NCBI GenBank assembly: GCA_963702205.1
Contig: OY969724.1
Location: 672,001-736,000 of the forward strand
DNA length: 64,000 bases
Source of the DNA: an uncultured candidate division Zixibacteria bacterium
GTDB taxonomy: Bacteria > Zixibacteria > MSB-5A5 > GN15 > PGXB01
Direction of reading: 5' to 3'
The translations under genes were made by a program, and so were the position numbers. Of the stretch, positions 43,049 to 52,896 are shown piece by piece (position 1 is the stretch's first letter; every line of letters begins with the position of its first letter). The notes under the pieces were generated by a model. That model was not told where the DNA came from, made no database searches, and saw only the letters and a list, made by a program, of their open reading frames with translations.

Positions 43049-45689
43049 CGGGCCTCCCGTACTTTGCAACTAGGGCCCTGTACCTGGGATCATCGCGCAC
43101 CGGGTCAAGTCGCGGATCGAGTTCCAAACACCCGATACGTACTGCACTAGGGATCGTGAACAGGTACTCGAATTCGCTCAACGCCGCGTCATAGTCTCCG
43201 ACCGCCAGATACACGTAAGCGAGATTCTCCCGATACTGAGGCCCAAAGAACGCGTCCAACTCGACCGGATACATCTCCACAGCTTTTATGATTGAGGCTA
43301 TGGCCTCCGATCTCCGTCCCAAACCCGCGAGTGCATATCCCATTGTGGCATAGAACCGTCCGTCCTGCGGGTGTTCTTTGATACGAACGTCAAGCAGCAT
43401 CCTGGCTGAATCGTACATAGCGTGAGCCTCCTGCGCGCGGCCCTGAAGTCTGAATATCTCCGCCACCATAAGTTGACGAGGGAAATAGACGAAGCCGCCG
43501 TCGTACTCGGTGAATTCCGGCTTCACTAGCGACTCGAGAGCACAGTCGTAGTCACGTTCGTAAAGGAACTGCAGGAACCACATGTCGAGGTTGTCTTCAT
43601 CTATCCCCATCTTCTCGAGGTAGTGGCGGGCCAACGCGAGTCCGCCCGGTCTATTCCAGGCGGGTACAATCAGGTAATTGTATGCCCACGTCATTCCGGG
43701 GTCGACGGCGAGCGACAACTCCGCATAATAGGAAGCGGCAGAATCATCACGAAGCAGAAAGCAGCTCGCCGCAAGTTCCGCCATCAGGAGCGCGTCGCGA
43801 GGATCCATTTTGAGAATTTCTTCGAGTCGTTCCCGCGACCGTACGTGCTCCCCCTGCCGGCGCCATACAAAAGCAACTGCCTGCAGGATCCGCGGATTCC
43901 AGGGCGCCAAGCGCTCGGCGCGGTGGAATTCTTCAATTGCCTTATCATACTCTCTGAGACACCAGTAGTAGTAGAAGCCCATCGCCTCGTGTGCCTCAGC
44001 CAGTGATGAATCGAGCGCCAGCGATCTCGATGCAGCGTCCTCCGCCTTTGCCCTAGTAGACTGTGTCTTCTCCCAGTTAAGGTACAGCCAGGAATACTCC
44101 ATGGACAGCTCGGCCCAGGCGCGCGCAAACTGAGAGTCCTGCGCCACGCACTCCTCAAGAGCCTCAATACACTGCTCGGCGACCTGCCTGATCGGGTTGC
44201 CGCGCGACAGCGTCAAGCCGCGGAGAAAGGCGAGGTAAGCCTCCGTGTTTTCCGTCCCACCCGATTCAAAGCGCGCCCTGTCTGATTCAAGCAATATCGC
44301 GCCCAACGCCAACGCCACGTTCTCCGCGATCTCACTTTGCACTGCGAAGATCCCTGATAGCGTCCGCTCATAGCCCGCAGACCAGAGATGCAAATCATCG
44401 GAGACCTTGATCAGCTGCGGCGTGATTCGCACCAGGCGTTCCCCTTTTGTCTTGTCCCAGCGAATCGTCCCTTCCAGGATGTAGCTCACCCCCAGTTCGT
44501 GGGCAATCTGCGGCAGTGCCTTGGTCGTCCCTTTGTAGGTCATGCAACTTGTCCGCGAGACAACACCCAGACCGCGGATTGTGCTCAGCTTGGAGATCAA
44601 CTCATCAGTCATGCCATCGGCGAAATACTCTTCCTCCGGATCGCTCAGATTCTCGAACGGTAGTACGGCAAGCTTGATCTTGCCCGGCTGCTTATCGGCA
44701 TCACCCGACGACCACGGTTTTGTCCTCACCAGGACGACCGCCAAGGCAACAACGACCGACGTGAACAACAACAACCACACCCATGGCGCTCGACGAGCCG
44801 CTGCAGTATCCTTCTTGATCGAGTTCGTGTGTTCCAAGTCCCGCCCGACCTTCATTAGGTCGGCCTTAAGATCATCCGCATGCTGGTAACGGGTTTTGAC
44901 ATCTTTCTCCAGCGCCTTGTCGAGAATAGTCTGGAGTGAGTCCGGCAAGTTCACACGGTATCTGGCGGCTGGATGAGGGAGATCGTCACTCACGGCTTTC
45001 AGCGTAGCCGCCTCGGAGTCGCGCTTGAAGGGGTTTTGTCTGGTGAGCAGTTCGTAGAGGACGACCCCGAGAGAGAAGAGATCACTCCGGTGGTCAACTT
45101 CCTGACCCCGCACTTGCTCCGGCGACATGTAACCGATCGTCCCCAAAGTCGAGCCGGTCTTGGTGAGTTGTTCAGAGCCATGGACAGAGGCCAGTCCAAA
45201 GTCGACGATCCGTACCCTCCCGTGAGAATCAAGCAGGACATTGGAAGGTTTTATATCCCGATGAATGATCCCCTTATCATGAGCGGCCTGGAGGCCCTCG
45301 CATACCTGTATAGCGATTTCCAGTATCCGCTCAATCGGCAAATCTTTCTCGGCGATCACCTCCCGGAGGGACTGCCCCTCCACCACCTGCATGGCGAAGA
45401 AAGGCTGGCCCTGATATTCGCCGACTTCGTAGATAGCGGCGATGTTAGGGTGATCCAGCCCGGCCGCGGCGTGGGCCTCGCGCGTGAATCGCTTGCGGCA
45501 ATCCTCATCCTGACACAGATGCGGTGGCAGGAATTTTAGGGCGACTTTGCGATTGAGTTTGCTGTCCAGTGCCAGATAGACTTCCCCCATGCCACCGGCA
45601 CCGATTTTGTCGATGATGCGGTAGTGCCCCACCTCGGTGCCCGAGGTCAAGGAAACGTACGTGCGGGTCTTGTCGTCGTCAGATGGCAT
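43038..45689 (-). CDS. Ser/Thr kinase-TM-TolB_N-like-TPR (K2)
   Basis: Kinase domain; TM; LAVLPFENL...EYFADG.T; TPR repeats. Confidence 0.92.
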   Translation of the reverse strand: MPSDDDKTRTYVSLTSGTEVGHYRIIDKIGAGGMGEVYLALDSKLNRKVALKFLPPHLCQDEDCRKRFTREAHAAAGLDHPNIAAIYEVGEYQGQPFFAMQVVEGQSLREVIAEKDLPIERILEIAIQVCEGLQAAHDKGIIHRDIKPSNVLLDSHGRVRIVDFGLASVHGSEQLTKTGSTLGTIGYMSPEQVRGQEVDHRSDLFSLGVVLYELLTRQNPFKRDSEAATLKAVSDDLPHPAARYRVNLPDSLQTILDKALEKDVKTRYQHADDLKADLMKVGRDLEHTNSIKKDTAAARRAPWVWLLLFTSVVVALAVVLVRTKPWSSGDADKQPGKIKLAVLPFENLSDPEEEYFADGMTDELISKLSTIRGLGVVSRTSCMTYKGTTKALPQIAHELGVSYILEGTIRWDKTKGERLVRITPQLIKVSDDLHLWSAGYERTLSGIFAVQSEIAENVALALGAILLESDRARFESGGTENTEAYLAFLRGLTLSRGNPIRQVAEQCIEALEECVAQDSQFARAWAELSMEYSWLYLNWEKTQSTRAKAEDAASRSLALDSSLAEAHEAMGFYYYWCLREYDKAIEEFHRAERLAPWNPRILQAVAFVWRRQGEHVRSRERLEEILKMDPRDALLMAELAASCFLLRDDSAASYYAELSLAVDPGMTWAYNYLIVPAWNRPGGLALARHYLEKMGIDEDNLDMWFLQFLYERDYDCALESLVKPEFTEYDGGFVYFPRQLMVAEIFRLQGRAQEAHAMYDSARMLLDVRIKEHPQDGRFYATMGYALAGLGRRSEAIASIIKAVEMYPVELDAFFGPQYRENLAYVYLAVGDYDAALSEFEYLFTIPSAVRIGCLELDPRLDPVRDDPRYRALVAKYGRPDAI

Positions 45690-48360
45690 CGGGATCCTCG
45701 TATTTCTTGATTATAGCTTCGAACCCGGGCTCTCCCCGCAAGGGACCCCAGGTCATGTCGTACTTTAGCTCGTACACAGACATCCAGCCATTGCTGGCCA
45801 TCGCCGAGTCCAGACATGCTATTGCCTTCTCCTTTTCTCCGATCGCGGTGTAGACAAAACAGCGTCCGGGGAGATTGTGATATGCGAGGAAGAGATCTCC
45901 CTGCTGTTTGGCGAAGTTGTCCACCGAGTCAAGCAGAGCTACTGCCTTTTCTTTATCACCAAGTCGAGAAGCAGCCCATGGAAGGAACAATTTGGCGCTG
46001 CCTCTGCCTTGCTCTGATCCGCCAGACTCCAAAGTCTCCAGGGCGATACGAGCGGAGTCAAAGTAAACTCGAGCCTTGTCAGTCTTCTGCTGGTGGAAAC
46101 TCAGTTCCCCCGCCATCAGGTAATATGTGTCCATCATGTCCGGCCGCTCGAAGCGTGGGAAGTAAGCCAGAGCCTGACGCACTACCGCAGTGTCGCGCAT
46201 AAGGATGCCTGCTTGGCCTAGCACCTGAATCAACAACTTCTGTTGCTCGGGTCCCAGTGACCGCGCAGAGAGTGCCTGAATACACTCACGCAGTTGTCGT
46301 CGTACTGTCGGCGTAGGGCCTTCACAGTGAAAATGCAGCATCATAGCCGCCGTCTTGAGATCGAGGTCATCGGGGAATCGGCTCGCGAGGTCATCGACCA
46401 ACATCATGGCGTCCTTGGCTTCCCGGGCCATCTTCGCCGTTTCGATATAAGACCCCAGTATCGGCAAGTTTAGTGGATCGATGATTAGAGCCTGCTGGAG
46501 AAGATGGCACGACTCCGCCCAGCGCCCCTGACGACGGCGTACTTTACCCAACTGAAACAGCGCTTCGGCAAGATTGGGTGCCTCGTTGAGAGCTATTTCA
46601 TACTCGGAGGCTGCCCGGTCGTAGTTTGCTCTCAAATAGTAGTACTGCCCCAAGGCCAGGTGCCCGGCGGCAAGATGGGGATTCAAAGACAATGCCGTCT
46701 CGGCAGCATCCAGCGTAGCTCGCGCGATTGACGAGTCCTTTCCCATGTAACTCAGCATCTCTCGGTACTGAACAATCGACAGATATGCCCAGGCCTCGGC
46801 GAAACGCGGGTCGAGTTGCGTAGCTTTTTCGAGCCACTCGGTAGCGTCATCCCACTCCAGCCGCCGATAGCTTTCCTTCCCCTTTATGAAAGCCTCGTAC
46901 GCCGCCATGTTCTCGGTCATCGGTGGCTCAATGCGGGAGCTGTCCTCTCCCATCAGGGTGAGGTCGAGTGCGGCTACTACCTGCACGGCGATATCCCGCT
47001 GTACCGCAAAGATGTCGGTGAGGCGACGCTCGTACCGGTCGGCCCACAGGTGAGCATCCTGCCTGACATCGATCAACTGCGGCGTTACCAGCACACGGCT
47101 CGAATCGCCGCGCCGGTCCCAGCGAAGCGTCCCTTCGAGGATAAAGTCAACTCCCAGCTCCTTGCCTATCTGGGGCAGCGTTTTCACGCTCTTTTTGTAA
47201 GCGTAGGCGCTGGTGCGGGAAATGACCCCCAGGCTCTTGAGTCCCGCCAGCCGCGAAGTTATCTCTTCGGTGATGCCGTCGGCAAAATACTCGTCCTCGG
47301 CCTCGCCCAGATTCTCGAACGGCAGAACCGCCAGCATGATCTTGTCCTGTTTGTCGGCGGATAAGTTTGATGACCACGGCTTGATCACAACTGCTGTCAC
47401 GACTAGCGCGACAATGATGACGGCGGCGGCAACCCACCATACGCGCGCCGCCCGACGGGCAGAAGGTGCCACTCCAATCGTTGAACTGCCGGTGTCGAGC
47501 GTACGTTTGATCCGCACTAGATCTGTCTTGATATCATCCGCGTGTTGGTAACGGGTCTTGACATCTTTGTCCAGCGCCTTGTCGAGAATTGTCTGGAGTG
47601 AGTCTGGGAGGTCGGCACGGTAGCGGGCGGCTGGGTGGGGATTATCATCAGCAACAGCCTTCAGTGTGGCCGCCTCGGAGTCGCGCTTGAAGGGGTTCTG
47701 CTTGGTCAGAAGTTCATACAGAACAACGCCGAGCGAGAAGAGGTCGCTGCGGTGGTCGACCTCTTGTCCCCGCACCTGCTCCGGCGACATATACCCGACC
47801 GTCCCTAGTGTCGAACCGGTTTTCGTGAGTTGCTCGGAACCCCGAACCGATGCCAGCCCAAAGTCGACGATGCGCACGCGACCGTGACTGTCGAGGAGCA
47901 CATTGGATGGCTTGATATCCCGATGAATGATCCCCTTGTCATGAGCCGACTGCAGGCCCTCACAAATCTGAATGGCTATCTCCAGGATGCGGTCTATTGG
48001 CAGGTCTTTGCCCGCAATCACTTCCCGCAGCGACTGCCCCTCCACGATCTGCATCGCGAAGAACGGGCGGCCTTGGTATTTCCCAACCTCATGGATTGCT
48101 GCGATATTGGGATGATCGAGCGCCGCGGCAGCCTGGGCTTCTCGGGTGAACCGTTTGCGGCAGTCTTCGTCCTGGCACAGATGCTGCGGAAGAAATTTTA
48201 GCGCGACCTTGCGATTCAGTTTGCTGTCAACCGCCAGGTAGACCTCGCCCATGCCACCGGCGCCGATCTTGTCAAGAATCTTGTAATGTAAGACAGATGT
48301 TCCTGGAGTCAGGGCAATGTATGATCGTGTCTTATCATCATCCGATTCGCCTGCCGTCAT
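45679..48360 (-). CDS. Ser/Thr kinase-TM-TolB_N-like-TPR (K1)
   Basis: Kinase domain; TM; LAVLPFENL...EYFADGITEE; TPR repeats. Confidence 0.92.
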   Translation of the reverse strand: MTAGESDDDKTRSYIALTPGTSVLHYKILDKIGAGGMGEVYLAVDSKLNRKVALKFLPQHLCQDEDCRKRFTREAQAAAALDHPNIAAIHEVGKYQGRPFFAMQIVEGQSLREVIAGKDLPIDRILEIAIQICEGLQSAHDKGIIHRDIKPSNVLLDSHGRVRIVDFGLASVRGSEQLTKTGSTLGTVGYMSPEQVRGQEVDHRSDLFSLGVVLYELLTKQNPFKRDSEAATLKAVADDNPHPAARYRADLPDSLQTILDKALDKDVKTRYQHADDIKTDLVRIKRTLDTGSSTIGVAPSARRAARVWWVAAAVIIVALVVTAVVIKPWSSNLSADKQDKIMLAVLPFENLGEAEDEYFADGITEEITSRLAGLKSLGVISRTSAYAYKKSVKTLPQIGKELGVDFILEGTLRWDRRGDSSRVLVTPQLIDVRQDAHLWADRYERRLTDIFAVQRDIAVQVVAALDLTLMGEDSSRIEPPMTENMAAYEAFIKGKESYRRLEWDDATEWLEKATQLDPRFAEAWAYLSIVQYREMLSYMGKDSSIARATLDAAETALSLNPHLAAGHLALGQYYYLRANYDRAASEYEIALNEAPNLAEALFQLGKVRRRQGRWAESCHLLQQALIIDPLNLPILGSYIETAKMAREAKDAMMLVDDLASRFPDDLDLKTAAMMLHFHCEGPTPTVRRQLRECIQALSARSLGPEQQKLLIQVLGQAGILMRDTAVVRQALAYFPRFERPDMMDTYYLMAGELSFHQQKTDKARVYFDSARIALETLESGGSEQGRGSAKLFLPWAASRLGDKEKAVALLDSVDNFAKQQGDLFLAYHNLPGRCFVYTAIGEKEKAIACLDSAMASNGWMSVYELKYDMTWGPLRGEPGFEAIIKKYEDPDAI

Positions 48361-48421
48361 GGGTAGTATCCCCTTATCAGACGAGCAGCATTATGATGTC
48401 GATCTAGGAAGCAGTCTCCTG

Positions 48422-48607
48422 CTACTCCTGTTTCGATCGCTTCGTTTCACCTGATCTTTCGACCTCACGTCGGATAAGATCGTTGACAAATCGCTGAATC
48501 GTTGTATCCCGGTGAGCGACTAGTATCCGTAGTTGTTTATGAGTTTCTTCGTCAAGTCGAACGTGAACCATCGGGCCACGATAGCCCGAATCGGATGATC
48601 TTGCCAT
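48422..48607 (-). CDS. Small ribbon-helix-helix (CopG/Arc-like) protein, copy 1
   Basis: RGPMVHVRLDEETHKQLRILVAHRDTTIQRFVNDLIR: beta-strand plus two helices. Confidence 0.8.
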   Translation of the reverse strand: MARSSDSGYRGPMVHVRLDEETHKQLRILVAHRDTTIQRFVNDLIRREVERSGETKRSKQE

Positions 48608-48631
48608 GACAACTCTCCACAACTAATTGTC

Positions 48632-48669
48632 TGGATACAAATATAGCCAACTCTCAATATCCCAGTCAA
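48632..48669 (-). promoter_or_regulatory. Sigma70 promoter with a palindromic operator over the -10 box
   Basis: Minus strand TTGACT-18-TATATT; plus strand TGGATACA-AA-TATAGCCA (two mismatches). Confidence 0.7.
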
Positions 48670-48708
48670 GAATAATCGACTTGTCAGTCGCTATTGCTGT
48701 TGTTCTGT

Positions 48709-48924
48709 TGTGACCAAAATGTGACCAAGACGGTGTTACGTTATTCGGTGTTATTGGAGGATATAGGCTTACAAAGTCAGGGGTGGGGGGTTATATACCC
48801 CCGTCCGGCTCGTAATCCATTGGATTGTAATGAGTTATACAAATGGAGGTGGGGGGAATCGAACCCCATACTCGCGTTGCTGCACAAGGACTTACACAGT
48901 ATTGTGACCAAATTGTGACCGTTT
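48709..48924 (-). mobile_element. attP-like junction B: tmRNA 3'-end core (48844-48867) with arm repeats
   Basis: Colinear copy of 30810-31025. Confidence 0.85.
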
Positions 48925-48976
48925 ATTCTATGTCTTCGATGTTCTCATATGAACATATTTGTTAGATAGTAAATCT

Positions 48977-51900
48977 CTATTCATACTTTTTAATAATATC
49001 GTAGAGCGGCTTTATTTGTTCAGAAAGTTGAGTCATATTGTGCTGGATTGCAAGATTGAATGCTTCGTTAATATCTGGGACAGCTCTTTTTGGTTCATTC
49101 ATGTTTACTGCTAATAGGTACGCCTTATTCGAGAGAATCATCACCAAATCCTCTACATTCTCTATTTCACGACTGACAGACTCAGACTCCTCAAACAATT
49201 CTAATGATTTATCAAAGTTACCCCGTGCTATAAATATTCGTCCTTGATTGCTAAGACTGCTCAGAAGGCCTTTTTTATTTCCCAATACAAGGCAAATACT
49301 CTCTTGCTGCTTTAACAATGTCATGGCTTCACCAAATTCACCACGCGAATAGAGTATATTTGCTTGATTACCAAAACAGAATTGTAAGCCATCCTTGTTC
49401 CCTAACTCTATACAAAGACGCTCCTGTTTCTTATTCAATATCATTGCTTGTTCAAGTTCTCCTTTATCAAAAAGAATCAATGCTTGTTGACTGAAGCAAA
49501 ATTGTAAGCTATCCTTGTCCTCTAATTCTTCACAAAGATGTTCCAGTTCTTCATACAATTTCATTGCTTCATCACATTTACCAATGCAAGAAAGAATTGA
49601 TGCGCGTCTCATAAGAGACCTTACAAGGCCATTTGTATTGCCTAATTCCTTACAAATACGCTCCTCTTCTTTATGAAGCTTCATTGCCTCATCAAGATCA
49701 CCTCGATCATTCAGAATCAATGCTTGATTACCAAGAGATGCTGCTAATCCATTGTTAAGGCCTAAATCTCTGCAAATTTGTTCCTGGTCCCTATATAGTT
49801 TCATTGCCTCGTCAAGTTCACCTAGTTCTTTAAGAATTATTGCTTGATTACCGAAGGTTCGTTGCAAGCCATCCTTATTGCCTAACTGCTTACAAATACG
49901 CTCCTCTTCTTTATGAAGCTTCATTGCCTCGTCAAGTTCACCTCGTTCCTGAAGAATTATTGCTTGATTACCGAAGGTTCGTTGTAAGCCATCCTTATTG
50001 CCTAACTCCTTAAAAATACGCTCCTCTTCTTTATGAAGTTTCATCGCCTTATCAAGATCACCACGATCTTTCAGAATCAATGCTTGATTACCAAGAGATA
50101 TTGCTAATCCATTTCTAAGGCCTAAATCTCTGCAAATTTGTTCCTGGTCCCTATATAGTTTCATTGCCTCGTCAAGTTCACCTCGTTCCATAAAAATTAT
50201 TGCTTGATTACCGAAGGTTCGTTGTAAGCCATCCTTATTGCCTAACTCCCTACAAACACGCTCCTCTTCTTTGTGTAATTTCATAGATTCATCTAATTCA
50301 CCCCGGGAAAATAGCACATTAGCCTGGTTTCCAAGACATATTTGTATGCCATCTTTGTCCCCTAACTCTCTACAAAGACTTTCTTGCTCTTTATACAATG
50401 TCATTGCTTCATTGAATTCACAAAGTAAATAATGTAGGGATGCCTGGTTACCTAGACAGGAAGAAAGCAAAGGTCTGTTTCCTAACTCTATACAAAGATG
50501 CTTCTGAGACATATGTAATATCATAGCCTCATCATATTCACCCCAATCTTTTAATATTATTGCCTGATTACCAAGAGATCTTGATAATCCGTTTTTATCG
50601 CCTACTTCTTTACAAAGATCCTCCTGCTCTTTATTTAATTTCATTGCTTCATTTAGTTCACCACGTGAATAATAACTCCAACCTTGATTACCGAGGCATT
50701 CAGATAGTTTCTGTTTATTCCCAATATTTCTAAAATGATTCACTAAATAACTCCTTAACTCTAAAGCTTCATCTGGATGTCCGGTATCTCCAAGGAGTTT
50801 GCCAACTTCCCAGATATAATCTTGATATAGTGTAGGAGCATCTAATACCGGTTTATATGCATCAATGAGTCTAAGTGGTGACTTATTTTCAATAGATGCC
50901 CAGTAGGTTTTAACCTCATATTCGTCTTTAACCCATGCTATTGCGAAAAATTCTAAATCAATTAACAGATTATAAAGCTTTTGCCATGCTTCGGTCTGCC
51001 GATATTGCCACGGAAGTTCATCAACTTTATGAAGGGTAAGTTCTTTTTGCTCAAAGTAACCAGCCAGTTCAAGATGAGATTGTTTCTGCTCTTCTTCTAA
51101 TGACAGATATTTATTCTGCACCGCCTGTCTCATGTAATCATGTGCAAAACTTATCAAGCCCGAATGGCTCATTAACGATTGTTCCGCCGCCAAATGTAAT
51201 GGCGACCAGATTGCCTGAGGAAGCGGTTCTTCTTTAGGGTTAAGTATCTCCAAAAGTTCTGCCTCTGATAGGCCGCGCCTGGATGCCCAAATAGCCGTCA
51301 TCGCATCACGAACAAGGCCGGGACGTTCACGTTCATAATCTTTCTCATAGCGCTCAAGAACTTGTTCGTATAGTTCTTCTATATTTGCCGCCTCAAGATA
51401 ATAATCAATCTGCTTATCAAGGGTAAAATGTTCACCCCATTGGCGAAGTTCATCAAGAAGTGCTTTCAAATAAAGCGGATTGGATGTCTGCTTTGCGTTT
51501 GCGATACGATTCGCTGGATCGGCTTCCAGTGCTTTGGTGTACAACCCTAAAAACCTGACAATGAAAGTCGCTCGCTCAGGCTCTGTCAACGGCTCCACTT
51601 GCATACTCGGCCAGTTACGTTTATTCAAATCATCAAGTGGACGGCCAGGCAGAGTCGACAGAATCAATCTAACGTTCTCCGGTATCTCCGGTGGCAGCCA
51701 GACAAGATCCAAGGCTTGATCTCTATCTTCAAGCTGGTTTAAGGCGTCAAGAACAATAACTATTTTACCGCGTGCCGCCGCCATATGAAGCCAATTGGCA
51801 AAAGCCATACGGAGCTCATCGGGTTTGTCAGGGATATCACCCTGAATATCAAACCGACGCTTAAATTCACCCATGATCCTCATGAGCATAGCCGCCCAAT

Positions 51901-52819
51901 CGGCACTGTGAGAGGACGACCCTATGAAATGATTTATAATATTATTATCAGGATGCTTCTCCCGATACCGCGCTACCCAGTTGGCCAGGAGCGCCGACTT
52001 GCCCGAGCCGGACTCGCCGAGCACTACGAGCGACTTGTCATCGGACGCCTCAGCATGGGCGTCGAGCCGGGCGAAATACTCCTCTCGGCCGATATAGACG
52101 GTGCGACGGCTCTGCGCGTACGCCTCATGTTCGGCCGCTTCCTTGTGCAGGGGGTCTGGCTCGGATCCCTTCGGAAAGAGTCTGTCGATCAATGCCATCA
52201 GGTCGTTCAACACCCGTTCGCCCAGCGCCTTTGGATCCGAGTAGTTTTCATGGAACCGGGCCCCACTCTCGCGAATCTTCTTTTTTAGACTGGCCAGTCT
52301 GGCCTTGCTCTCCGGGTTTTTACTTACAAAATCCGCCAGATTGCTCCCGGCCGGCAAATGGTTCAGGTAGTTCGGATCCCGGAAATAGAAGAAGGCGTGA
52401 TTGGCGACGGTGGGGTCGCGTAGCACCCCATGCAGTATCTCAAGCTCAGTCAATGAAGTATGCCCGTCGGCATACTCCCTCAACCATGGCTCCCGATTGA
52501 TGATCTCTTCAGGAATTAACTCATATGGAAGACCATACCGCTCCCCCAAGAGCCCAATGAAGTAAGGCCGGCAACGCCGAATCTCTTCCATGACAATAGG
52601 CAAGACCTTGCCTTCTGCCTTCTGTTCGTCAGTCACACCCCAGCGTAGATCAACTTCACCCCATACAACCTGACGGGATTCACAAAGCTTCCGCAACTGA
52701 GGAAAAATGAACTTTACCAAATAGTCCCGCTCCGCCTTCATGTCGCGAAACGTTGAAGAAATGAAGACGCGAATCTGGCGGTTGGAACTCGATGACGATG
52801 TGGAGTTCTCCCATTCCAT
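48977..52819 (-). CDS. NLR-like protein: DUF4062 + STAND/NACHT-like NTPase + 40-aa TPR repeats
   Basis: RVFISSTFRDMKAERD, VDLRWG and FIGLLGERYG (DUF4062); GESGSGKS and VLDALNQL (Walker A/B); LGNQA.I....G..DEAMKL repeats. Confidence 0.88.
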   Translation of the reverse strand: MEWENSTSSSSSNRQIRVFISSTFRDMKAERDYLVKFIFPQLRKLCESRQVVWGEVDLRWGVTDEQKAEGKVLPIVMEEIRRCRPYFIGLLGERYGLPYELIPEEIINREPWLREYADGHTSLTELEILHGVLRDPTVANHAFFYFRDPNYLNHLPAGSNLADFVSKNPESKARLASLKKKIRESGARFHENYSDPKALGERVLNDLMALIDRLFPKGSEPDPLHKEAAEHEAYAQSRRTVYIGREEYFARLDAHAEASDDKSLVVLGESGSGKSALLANWVARYREKHPDNNIINHFIGSSSHSADWAAMLMRIMGEFKRRFDIQGDIPDKPDELRMAFANWLHMAAARGKIVIVLDALNQLEDRDQALDLVWLPPEIPENVRLILSTLPGRPLDDLNKRNWPSMQVEPLTEPERATFIVRFLGLYTKALEADPANRIANAKQTSNPLYLKALLDELRQWGEHFTLDKQIDYYLEAANIEELYEQVLERYEKDYERERPGLVRDAMTAIWASRRGLSEAELLEILNPKEEPLPQAIWSPLHLAAEQSLMSHSGLISFAHDYMRQAVQNKYLSLEEEQKQSHLELAGYFEQKELTLHKVDELPWQYRQTEAWQKLYNLLIDLEFFAIAWVKDEYEVKTYWASIENKSPLRLIDAYKPVLDAPTLYQDYIWEVGKLLGDTGHPDEALELRSYLVNHFRNIGNKQKLSECLGNQGWSYYSRGELNEAMKLNKEQEDLCKEVGDKNGLSRSLGNQAIILKDWGEYDEAMILHMSQKHLCIELGNRPLLSSCLGNQASLHYLLCEFNEAMTLYKEQESLCRELGDKDGIQICLGNQANVLFSRGELDESMKLHKEEERVCRELGNKDGLQRTFGNQAIIFMERGELDEAMKLYRDQEQICRDLGLRNGLAISLGNQALILKDRGDLDKAMKLHKEEERIFKELGNKDGLQRTFGNQAIILQERGELDEAMKLHKEEERICKQLGNKDGLQRTFGNQAIILKELGELDEAMKLYRDQEQICRDLGLNNGLAASLGNQALILNDRGDLDEAMKLHKEEERICKELGNTNGLVRSLMRRASILSCIGKCDEAMKLYEELEHLCEELEDKDSLQFCFSQQALILFDKGELEQAMILNKKQERLCIELGNKDGLQFCFGNQANILYSRGEFGEAMTLLKQQESICLVLGNKKGLLSSLSNQGRIFIARGNFDKSLELFEESESVSREIENVEDLVMILSNKAYLLAVNMNEPKRAVPDINEAFNLAIQHNMTQLSEQIKPLYDIIKKYE
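49681..50280. repeat. Near-identical 120-bp tandem units encoding TPRs (pattern A-B-B-A-B)
   Basis: Units at 49681 and 50041 match each other; units at 49801, 49921 and 50161 match each other. Confidence 0.88.
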
Positions 52820-52896
52820 CTCAGAATTCCATCGGGTTTTTGCGATTGCAGATTAGAGTTCTCATCGAAGGCACGGATATCACCTTGAATCTCTGC

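Noticed and set aside
39600..48360. Diversity-generating retroelement acting on the kinase repeats
   Set aside because: No reverse transcriptase in the window; the repeats cover the constant domain and differences are not adenine-specific.
49681..50280. CRISPR array
   Set aside because: These are in-frame 120-bp coding repeats without unique spacers.
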